Assembly: GCA_963735805.1 (NCBI GenBank)
Contig: CAVTMK010000002.1
Span: 128,001 to 192,000 of the forward strand
Source of the DNA: an uncultured Verrucomicrobiae bacterium
GTDB lineage: Bacteria; Verrucomicrobiota; Verrucomicrobiia; Chthoniobacterales; UBA10450
Direction: 5' to 3'
Length of the DNA: 64,000 bases
The notes beneath the pieces were generated by a model. It made no database searches and had not been told where the DNA came from. It saw nothing but the letters and a program-made list of their open reading frames with translations. The position numbers were made by a program, and so were the translations under genes. Positions 20,729 through 28,009 of the stretch are shown in pieces (the stretch's first letter is position 1; each line of letters opens with the position of its first letter).

Positions 20729-20832
20729 CTCGGTGGGTTCCTGACTTCGTGACTGCCTTTTCCGCTTTCCGAAATCCAGAACGTCGATGTTGAGCGTTGG
20801 ACGTTTGTTTCTCTGTCGATTACACTTTCAGC

Positions 20833-21063
20833 GTGAGCACGGTTGAGGAAATTCGAACAGCCATTCCAAAGCTAAGCGTTGAAGAGAAACTCCAAACGAT
20901 GGAAGCCCTTTGGCAGAGCTTATCGTCGAAACCTGATTCAGTTGAGTCGCCAGCCTGGCACGAAAAAGAGCTGCGTGACCGCGAACGCGATATCCAATCA
21001 GGGGAATCGAATTTCATCGACTGGGAAAAAGCTAAAACGAATATCCGTCGTCAAACTTCGTGA
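20833..21063 (+). CDS. Putative addiction-module antitoxin (TIGR02574-like)
   Basis: LSVEEKLQ.ME.LW.SL....SPAWH..EL..R......FIDWE.AK; stop overlaps the toxin start. Confidence 0.85.
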   Translation: MSTVEEIRTAIPKLSVEEKLQTMEALWQSLSSKPDSVESPAWHEKELRDRERDIQSGESNFIDWEKAKTNIRRQTS

Positions 21064-21140
21064 GGATCGAAATCCTCCCGGCGGCGCGGGAAGACTTAAT
21101 CGCTGGATATCACTTTTACGAGAGCCAAGCCGCCGGTTCA
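21060..21140 (+). pseudogene. RelE/ParE toxin, N-terminal ~26 codons only
   Basis: MRIEILPAAREDLIAGYHFYESQAAG is a typical RelE/ParE start; the frame then runs antisense into the RpoZ-like gene. Confidence 0.7.
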
Positions 21141-21428
21141 GGCCGCTTTTTTCTTCGCCACCGCTTTTTTCTTGGCGACGATGGCATCGGGGAACTGCAC
21201 GACGTGGGGGACAGGCTCGGTTCCATTCTGACCGAAGGTCGACTCGAACGTCAGTTTTCCATTAGCGATCTCGGTTAACGCGATATCGGCTTCACGAAGT
21301 CCCGGAGCACATTGCACCAGGGGTCGATGCCCGATCGAAAGCTGTCGCACACGGCGTGAGACCATGTTGACCAGGATTTGCTGGTTAGTGATTACTTCGG
21401 AGGCGGCTGTAATGAGATCGGCATTCAT
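21138..21428 (-). CDS. rpoZ: RNA polymerase omega subunit-like protein with Lys/Ala tail
   Basis: LVNMVSRRVRQL..GHRPLV......ADIALTEIANGKL matches the omega signature. Confidence 0.8.
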   Translation of the reverse strand: MNADLITAASEVITNQQILVNMVSRRVRQLSIGHRPLVQCAPGLREADIALTEIANGKLTFESTFGQNGTEPVPHVVQFPDAIVAKKKAVAKKKAA

Positions 21429-21587
21429 AATAATTTGATTGATTCTGACTTTCTACCCGACACCAACGTCGCGCCGGCTTGGGCGCGCACGGGAGGCCGA
21501 CTTGCCTCCTTCGTACTTCTCGACCTGCCACTATCGTCCAGAAAACGCGGACCACAACCGCTAATCGCGGACCCGCACCGCTGGGAT

Positions 21588-21624
21588 TTGACTACTTGAG
21601 AAGTGTGTAGTAAATACTACACAC
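21588..21624 (+). promoter_or_regulatory. Putative promoter and operator of the XRE gene
   Basis: TTGACT (-35-like) at 21588; perfect palindrome GTGTGTAGTA-AA-TACTACACAC at 21603-21624 ends at the ATG. Confidence 0.7.
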
Positions 21625-21987
21625 ATGGCTCAAAACCATTCGTTTGGAGAGTTCCTGCGTGAGCGTCGGACGACCAGGGCGGTCAAGAATCGCGCTTTCT
21701 CGGTCCGTCAAGTCGCAGGCCGCGTAGGCATCGAGCCTTCCTACCTGAGCAAAATCGAACGCGACGAGCAGCCCCCTCCCGGGGAGGAAACAATTCGCCG
21801 CATCGCGGCAGAACTTGGCGAGGATCCTGATGTGCTTCTAGCTCTAGCAGGCAAAGTGTCCAGCGACCTTCTGCAAATTATCCGGGAGCGCCCGACGCAC
21901 GTTGGCGAGTTACTTCGTTCGATCCGCCGGGTTCCCGCAAAGCGCGTTGCCGAAATGACGCGGCAGGTCCGGGACGGCAACTGGTGA
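21625..21987 (+). CDS. XRE-family HTH transcriptional regulator
   Basis: FGEFLRERR...SVRQVA.RVGIEPSYLSKIERD..PP.E..I..IA..LG.D.D.LLALAGKV. Confidence 0.9.
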   Translation: MAQNHSFGEFLRERRTTRAVKNRAFSVRQVAGRVGIEPSYLSKIERDEQPPPGEETIRRIAAELGEDPDVLLALAGKVSSDLLQIIRERPTHVGELLRSIRRVPAKRVAEMTRQVRDGNW

Positions 21988-22024
21988 ACTATGCAATCCG
22001 AAAAATTAAAAACCCATACAATCT

Positions 22025-23308
22025 ATGATTACACTGAAAAACGACAGCCTCTGTTTTAGCTTCCCCGAAATTGACGAAGTTATTCGTCGCTTTATCGAGC
22101 GACATATAAATTCCACATTGCCGGCGATCATCGCGGCTGACCGGAGTTCTGCTGCACGGGCGCTTCAGTCGTATTGGGGATTTCGGGAAGCGACCCCCGA
22201 AGTACGCCGGAAAGCCGAGAACCAGGTCATCCGTGCTACTCCGGAGAAAATAGCAACGGCACTCCGGCGGAAATCCATGAGCGTCGTTAATCGCGGCGAT
22301 GCTTCCATCACGACACTCCAAATCGAGTTTCAACGCACGCTGCGCATTCCAGACGACGGCAAGATTTATCCGTTACCCGCCGGCTTCGGTCGTTTCCCGG
22401 TTCGACACGTGGACGATCACAAGGACACTGTTCCGGCACCGTGGATCGAGCGCGGCGGGGTGCTGATGCCGATGTATCAAAGTGAGGCGCTTTGGATCCG
22501 ATTCAGCACGCCTTACCCGTTCGCATTGAAGGTTGCCGCTGGCAAAATTGATGCTGTGACGGGCGAGTTGTGGCGGGCAGATTTGCGGCCGGACCCACAA
22601 AATTATCTCGTCCTGCCCGAGCAGCCTTGGCTGGATGGGTTCGCAGTGCGAAAGGGCGTGATCCGCCAATTTGTCGCGATGCCGCTGGGCGCAGGATATT
22701 CGGCCGAGGAACAGATAACCGGGAAGGCGGACTCGGGCGGCATCCAACTCCAGGTTTTCCCGTTACGCGCAGAAGCATATTTTCGCACAGAAGTTGCGAA
22801 ACATCTCCCAAAGTCGCTAGAGGATTTGCTTGATGAACTCGTGGACGCGGAACTGCTCGACTCCCGCGTTCAATTTTGCCGGCAGGCTCCGAGTATGGTG
22901 ATGGAGAGTACAGCGATGGGGCTTGGCGCGGGTGGAACTATGCGTCAGGAGATTTTTAAAGATTCTCACGATTTCTCGGACTGGGATTTGTCGTTAAGTA
23001 GTCGCTGTTTTGTGCACCTCTGCAATTCCCTGGTGTGGCGACAGGTGACCAAGAGCAACCCACCGCATCCACCGTTCACCGCGAAGGAGTACAAAAGGGC
23101 TGGAGTTCCCTGGTTCGATTATTATCGCGACGACCTCTCTGCGTTATCAGGCTCGACGGTTCTCGATAAAATCAAGAGCGTGTTTGTTTTTGGGCAAGCG
23201 AAGGGAGAAAAACCTCTCGTCGACAATTCGCCAATGGAGCCAGAACTCGTCGTGCAATATGGCAACGCCAGGCGCCGGGATGAAGTTCGGGAATTCGTCG
23301 AGCAGTAA
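22025..23308 (+). CDS. Conserved uncharacterised protein (FQRTLRIPDD family)
   Basis: Long ORF with FQRTLRIPDD, PMYQSEALW, PEQPWLDG, IRQFVAMPLG, MGLGAGG.M.Q and PWFDYY blocks. Confidence 0.8.
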   Translation: MITLKNDSLCFSFPEIDEVIRRFIERHINSTLPAIIAADRSSAARALQSYWGFREATPEVRRKAENQVIRATPEKIATALRRKSMSVVNRGDASITTLQIEFQRTLRIPDDGKIYPLPAGFGRFPVRHVDDHKDTVPAPWIERGGVLMPMYQSEALWIRFSTPYPFALKVAAGKIDAVTGELWRADLRPDPQNYLVLPEQPWLDGFAVRKGVIRQFVAMPLGAGYSAEEQITGKADSGGIQLQVFPLRAEAYFRTEVAKHLPKSLEDLLDELVDAELLDSRVQFCRQAPSMVMESTAMGLGAGGTMRQEIFKDSHDFSDWDLSLSSRCFVHLCNSLVWRQVTKSNPPHPPFTAKEYKRAGVPWFDYYRDDLSALSGSTVLDKIKSVFVFGQAKGEKPLVDNSPMEPELVVQYGNARRRDEVREFVEQ

Positions 23309-23343
23309 CTTGCGACTACACCCGATCTTCAACCCAAAAGCGT

Positions 23344-23727
23344 ATGAAATTTACTATCCGCATCGACGAACTTGAAAGCTTGCTGAAAGCAGTCGTTTCA
23401 CGTCCTCGAAAGAAGGACACGGTCAGAATTTCTGCGTGTGCGGCTCGCGTCTTTGTCGAGTGCAGAGACGCGGTGGCCGGTGTCGAGGCACTTGTCTTTA
23501 GCGACGGTGCGGTAACGTTGCCAGCGGCGAAATTCCGAGAACTTGTTGAAACTTACAAGGGACGCACTTCCTTAACTTTTGAGGGAAGTACTGATGGATT
23601 GCGCATCGAAAATCTCGTCATGCCAGCGCGTGGTTATGATCCCAGCCCGAAGCCGCCGGCAGCCTTCCAAGTTTTTCCAGCGCGTTCCACAACGGCAATG
23701 GAGAGCGGCCCCGGCAGAATGGAGTAA
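23344..23727 (+). CDS. Hypothetical protein resembling one beta-sliding-clamp (DnaN N-terminal) domain
   Basis: Starts MKFTI; GAVTLPAAKFRELV resembles DnaN GATTVPARKFFDI; only 127 aa. Confidence 0.5.
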   Translation: MKFTIRIDELESLLKAVVSRPRKKDTVRISACAARVFVECRDAVAGVEALVFSDGAVTLPAAKFRELVETYKGRTSLTFEGSTDGLRIENLVMPARGYDPSPKPPAAFQVFPARSTTAMESGPGRME

Positions 23728-23785
23728 AACTGCGCAACGAATGCAATGCTTAAAGCGAAGCCGACGCGTTCCGCCTTTGGTCTGC

Positions 23786-23858
23786 CACTGCCCGCGGCTC
23801 GCCGGTGGAACAAGCAAAGGACGAAGTAAGAAGGAAAAATTAAGAAGTCGCATCATCG
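23786..23858 (+). repeat. Copy of the DinB 3' end plus purine-rich tract; imperfect direct repeat of 26452-26526
   Basis: CCCGCGGCTYGCCGGTGGAACAAGCRAAGGAYGAAGTAAGAAGGAARAATTAAGAAGTCG is shared by both sites. Confidence 0.85.
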
Positions 23859-23866
23859 CCGGCGGG

Positions 23867-24030
23867 TTGAAACTCACTCACTGCTCCCCTCGCAACTAAT
23901 GCACGTCCGGCTCGGACCCTTCTATGTCGCTCATCCCAAGAGCTCCATTGAAACTCACTCGCGTCCCCGCGCGTTCGCTCCTACCCTCGTCACTTTACCT
24001 TCTATGTCGCTCATCCCAAGAGCTCCATTG
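23867..24030 (+). repeat. Two tandem ~81-bp units with an identical 33-bp core
   Basis: CCTTCTATGTCGCTCATCCCAAGAGCTCCATTG at 23918-23950 and 23998-24030; units start TTGAAACTCACTC. Confidence 0.9.
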
Positions 24031-24152
24031 TTTGGTTTTGAGCGTCAATTCGCAACTGCCATCCTGGCTTGCCTTCGAAGGAAAGCGTTGCGCAGAGTTT
24101 GTCTCCTTCTTGAGCGTCTCTGGACCGAGCTTAGCTCTGGGACAATCGGTGC

Positions 24153-24701
24153 TTATCGTCCGTGCCGATGGAAATTGATCACCCCTTCCCAGGGAAGAAC
24201 AAAGGAGGGCGGATTCGTAGTAAAATCCAGTTGCCCGCCCAACTCAAAATGGCCGGTCGCGTTGGTGAAGCGCCCTGTGCCGCCTGTCACCTCCGCAGTT
24301 TCATGGTTGTCGAATACCCCAGGTGTTTCCGTCGGACACAGGTACCCTTCGAAAGTGCCGGAGATTTCGTCGCCGTTGGCCGCAAACCAGTCAAAGGTGC
24401 CGGTGTAAGGAATATTATTTTCACAAACATCGGGGGCGGGTTCGCATGGCCGCGGGAAGAATTCCGCGGTTCCAGTGAAAGCTCCCAGGTGGTTTGCGTG
24501 TCCGAAGTTGACCACGTGTATTGAAGGCTCGCACTCCGTACCGGACTGAGAATCAACGTACCCCGAGACCGTGCCGTTGAACGGCACTTCGTCGCGGGCT
24601 AATGCGGGAGTGGTCGCGAAGAACAATGCCGCAAGGCAGGGGAGGAGCGGCGGGATGAGAAGTGGCAGAATTGCTGTTTTGGGCTGAATCAATGGATTCA
24701 T
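24153..24701 (-). CDS. Secreted hypothetical beta-barrel-like protein
   Basis: RBS, long signal peptide, G.A.HLG.F, AANGD and VTGGTGRF..ATG motifs. Confidence 0.75.
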   Translation of the reverse strand: MNPLIQPKTAILPLLIPPLLPCLAALFFATTPALARDEVPFNGTVSGYVDSQSGTECEPSIHVVNFGHANHLGAFTGTAEFFPRPCEPAPDVCENNIPYTGTFDWFAANGDEISGTFEGYLCPTETPGVFDNHETAEVTGGTGRFTNATGHFELGGQLDFTTNPPSFVLPWEGVINFHRHGR

Positions 24702-24796
24702 GGTTTCCTTTCTTTTACCCCGCTGATTTGATTAGGGATTGCGGGTCAGGAAGAGGCGCAGAACCTAGCGGGGGAATGTCCTCCGTCTGATTCAGA
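24702..24796 (-). promoter_or_regulatory. Conserved structured 5' leader, copy 2
   Basis: Colinear with 16110-16205; directly abuts the ATG. Confidence 0.6.
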
Positions 24797-24986
24797 TCCG
24801 TTGTGTGGGATTTTGCTGCGTTCCGCGGTTTTTTGAAATACGCAGAATTGCGTACGATACGCTGTTGCCCCGACTCACTTATTGCTCCCCGCGCAACTTT
24901 ACCTTGATCACTCGGTCGCCGCGGCGACCTCGCGCCAGGTCGAGCCGACTTGCATTCCCTAGCTGCGTTGCCGTCTACCCGCGCGC

Positions 24987-25310
24987 TTGAAACTCGTTCG
25001 CTTCCCAGCTCGCTCGCCGCTACCCGTTGCGGCTTTGCCTTCTATGTCGCTTTCCCCAAAAGCTCCATTCCCTCGATCGCGCGTGTTCTATGTCGCTTTC
25101 CCAAACGCTCCATTGTATCTCGCTTGCTCCCGCTCGCTCGACCGTTACCTCACGGCTTTACCGGCCATGTCGCTCGCCCTAAACGCTCCATTGTATCTCG
25201 CTTGCTCCCGCTCTCTCGACCGTTACCTCACGGTCCGGCGGCTGCCGGATCGTTCGCCCCAGTCGCTCCATTCCCTCATTCGCGACGTGTTCTATGTCTC
25301 TGAACCCACC
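24987..25310 (+). repeat. Degenerate array of the TTGAAACTC...TCTATGTCGC...GCTCCATT element
   Basis: Full unit at 24987-25069; cores near 25086, 25166, 25250 and 25289; near-identical ~52-bp duplication at 25103 and 25181. Confidence 0.8.
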
Positions 25311-25433
25311 GCTAATACTGGTGTCGATCTTATCCATCGTAAGCGGCTTACGATCGACCAGCGGTAGTGCACAGAAACAGATCGATGTTTTCGGCGCTCG
25401 CATCTTAAAGATGCGGTGAGCAACGCGACTCGT

Positions 25434-25664
25434 TTACAGGAACGAGATTGTCTTTTCGGTGCCCGTTGAGCCACACTGCAGTTGGACGTCGCGGCTATGC
25501 GTCACTCCATCAACAGAAAGAACAACCTGTGCTGGGCCTTCGAAATCATCAGCTTCGTCCAGCAAGAGAAAATCGGGGCCGAGCTGCGAAACTTGCAATT
25601 CCGAGCCATCGCGCACGACATGGATTTTTACTTCTGCTGAATGGCCGGTGTGATTGTCTGTCAT
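25434..25664 (-). CDS. Small hypothetical beta-rich protein
   Basis: GHSAEVKI....L.VSQLGPDFLLL....A.VVLSVDG; looks like a natural protein. Confidence 0.65.
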   Translation of the reverse strand: MTDNHTGHSAEVKIHVVRDGSELQVSQLGPDFLLLDEADDFEGPAQVVLSVDGVTHSRDVQLQCGSTGTEKTISFL

Positions 25665-26166
25665 GGATGAGGAGCTAGATCGTCGCGTTCAGCGATACGC
25701 GTCCAAACGCAATATCAAACTCGGCGAGTCGTTGGGTTCTGGCGTCCATGGTAATGTTTTCGCTGCCGAATACAATACAAAACCAGGGTTTCTCGCGGTA
25801 AAGTTCCACCGTGAAGATCGACCGTTCGAGCGAGAGTGCCACGTGTATCAGCGTCTGCGCGAAGAGCAAACTACGCGAATTCGCGGCTTCAATGTGCCTC
25901 GGTTGTTGCGCATTGATGAGGAGTTTCGCGCGATAGAGATGACGATTGTCCGCCCGCCATTTCTTCTCGACTTTGCCGGCGCTTATCTGGATGAAGCGCC
26001 TGACTTCGGTGAGGACGTTCTTCGACAGTGGCAGGAAGAAAAAGCGGAAATCTTCGGTGAAAGATGGCCAGAGGTTACTCGGATTCTCGCAGTGCTAGAG
26101 GCGCTCGGCATTTATCTGCGCGATATCAATCCAGGTAATATTTTCTTTCGTGAAGAGACTCGATGA
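25663..26166 (+). CDS. Minimal protein-kinase-like protein
   Basis: LGSGVHGNVF Gly-loop, AVK, RE..VY and catalytic D.NPGNI motif. Confidence 0.7.
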   Translation: MDEELDRRVQRYASKRNIKLGESLGSGVHGNVFAAEYNTKPGFLAVKFHREDRPFERECHVYQRLREEQTTRIRGFNVPRLLRIDEEFRAIEMTIVRPPFLLDFAGAYLDEAPDFGEDVLRQWQEEKAEIFGERWPEVTRILAVLEALGIYLRDINPGNIFFREETR

Positions 26167-26451
26167 AAACGAAAAAAGCGAGATTGTATGTGAACACTGC
26201 TAGCTGTGCTCGCCTTCACGTCTAAACACCGCGAAACGCCAAGCCTAGTTGGTTGATTTGGGCGTCAAGTCGCAAAACAGCGGAAGTGATCCGACGCCAG
26301 ACGCGCGAGCGCGCGTATCGGCTTTTCAGCTCCGGTCATAGAATTTTCAATGATGCATCGTAGGCGGCTTATGATGCAAACCTAAAACGGAATGTTCGTT
26401 CAACCAGTATTCGCCTTCCGGCATTGGTTCTCCGTCATCTGCGCTCTGTCC

Positions 26452-26576
26452 CTATTTCCCGCGGCTTGCCGGTGGAACAAGCGAAGGATGAAGTAAGAAG
26501 GAAGAATTAAGAAGTCGGATCTTCGGCTCCCAGTGAGCTAATTGAAACTCGTTTGCTTCCCAGCACTCACGGCTAC
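26452..26576 (+). repeat. Copy of the DinB 3' end (VPPASRGK*) followed by a truncated TTGAAACTC element
   Basis: Minus strand reads gtt cca ccg gca agc cgc ggg aaa tag. Confidence 0.85.
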
Positions 26577-26591
26577 CGACCGCGGCTACAA

Positions 26592-27206
26592 TTATTTTCC
26601 GCGGCTTGCGGGTGGGACGATGCCGTTCATACGGAGATATTCGATCATCTGGCCGTAGTGGTCGAAGCAATGAGCTGGGGCGAACGTTGCCAGGAAGAGG
26701 CGCGTGGTGGGTTTGCCACTACCCGAGGTAATCGGTTCGACGAGGTTCGAGCTCGTCAGGGTCGCCACCGATTTGTGGCCGAATGCGAAGGAATCTTTTA
26801 AATACTTAATGATGTCGGCCTTGGCTTTCATGGTGTCCGGGCCTTTGCCGCCGTTGACCGTGTCCGGTGGTTTCTCGCCCGTAATCGGCGACCAGATCAA
26901 GTAGTTGGATGCGGCGATGTGTTTCAGTTGCTGGCCAAAGGTGCGTACACCTTTGTAGTCGCTGCCGGGAAGGTTCAGTTTCTCCGGAGAAAAATCGAAC
27001 TTGTCCTCCGGCATCGCCTCGGCCGCTTCGACGACTTCCTTCTCAACAATGCTAATCTCGCGATCGATCGCTGACGCGATGGTGGGTGGAGTTGCGGGTG
27101 AGGCCAACGCGCCGGCCGCAGCAGGAGAGCTTTTGGTATTCTGCGCATAAGCTGAAGCCGCAGCGAGGCACAATGCTGCTGTTAGTACTAGAGAAGGATG
27201 TTTCAT
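26592..27206 (-). CDS. Secreted DinB-family (DinB/YfiT-like) protein
   Basis: Signal peptide; AAEAMPEDKF.F.P, RTF..QL.HIA and H.FDHYGQ..EYLRMNGIVPP motifs. Confidence 0.85.
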   Translation of the reverse strand: MKHPSLVLTAALCLAAASAYAQNTKSSPAAAGALASPATPPTIASAIDREISIVEKEVVEAAEAMPEDKFDFSPEKLNLPGSDYKGVRTFGQQLKHIAASNYLIWSPITGEKPPDTVNGGKGPDTMKAKADIIKYLKDSFAFGHKSVATLTSSNLVEPITSGSGKPTTRLFLATFAPAHCFDHYGQMIEYLRMNGIVPPASRGK

Positions 27207-27269
27207 AGAGCATGAAAGAACTTCTTGTTCGCGTGATTGGCAAGAAGAGAGATGGGCAGTGGAAGGATA

Positions 27270-27297
27270 AAGTAAGAAGTAAGAAGTAAGAAGTAAG
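27270..27297 (+). repeat. Heptamer tandem repeat (AAGTAAG)x4
   Basis: Four perfect copies read directly from the sequence. Confidence 0.95.
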
Positions 27298-27380
27298 AAT
27301 GGAGCTGATGGGATCAGCGACATAGAAGGTAAAGCGACGTGGGTAGGAGCGAGTGAGCGTGGGTAGCGAGCGAGTTTCAA
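27298..27380 (-). repeat. Inverted full copy of the ~83-bp TTGAAACTC...GCTCCATT element
   Basis: Reverse complement aligns end to end with 23948-24029. Confidence 0.85.
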
Positions 27381-27592
27381 GCCGCAGTCATCGCCAGCGA
27401 CTACAGCTCTCTTTGCTGCTCACGTTGACTCATGTGCTCCAGCCCATTTGAAACTCGCTCGCGTCCCTACAGCTCGGTTCGCCGCCGTAACTGAGGCCCA
27501 GCACTCGTCACGTCGAGCAAGCTTTGGGTAAACTGAGCAACGGTCGGGCTTTCCAATCGCAGTTGATCTGCGTAAGACAGCGAAGGATCTCG

Positions 27593-27781
27593 TTAGCGAA
27601 AGAAGATCAAGTAAACGAGAACGCTTAACGCTCCCACCGCAGCCATAATTATTTGCTGCAGGTGTTTCGTGGGCTGCGACGGAATTGCAGGCGATGCGGT
27701 AGCACAATGACGGCAATGATGATCGACGGTAGAAAGCGCGTAACCGCAGGTGGGACAAGCCTCCAGTGACATATGATACAA
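27593..27781 (-). CDS. Small zinc-ribbon membrane protein
   Basis: CPTCG..CRHC followed by a C-terminal TM helix. Confidence 0.55.
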   Translation of the reverse strand: MYHMSLEACPTCGYALSTVDHHCRHCATASPAIPSQPTKHLQQIIMAAVGALSVLVYLIFFR

Positions 27782-28009
27782 TCGCAGACATTGGCCTAAT
27801 AGCGAGGAATCGCTTCGCGGACGTTAAAGCGTTAAATCGTTGAGCGGGACGAAAGAAGACGTGAAGAACGTGCAGAACTCCGAAGTGAAGTTTCGTTCTG
27901 AGAAGCGTCAATATGAAAGACGAACAAAACGCTCTCCTGATTTCGTGTTTGTTCGCGTCGGCATTTAACATTTAACCTTCGGGAACGTGAACTGTTGAAC
28001 GGGATCAAT

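Noticed and set aside
17213..23727. Prophage
   Set aside because: ORF6N, XRE and TA-like genes are present but no structural, terminase or integrase genes.
23867..25310. Bona fide CRISPR array
   Set aside because: Only two identical repeats, 'spacers' are homologous to other repeat copies, spacing in the second cluster is irregular, and there are no cas genes in the window.
23572..25474. ORF-track proteins overlapping the repeat clusters (e.g. 23899-24408, 24987-25367; also the N-terminal extension of 26592-27380)
   Set aside because: They are translations of the non-coding repeat (LPSMSL..., FYVA...) with no protein-family features.
26592..27206. DNA polymerase IV (dinB)
   Set aside because: This is the unrelated four-helix DinB/YfiT family with a signal peptide.
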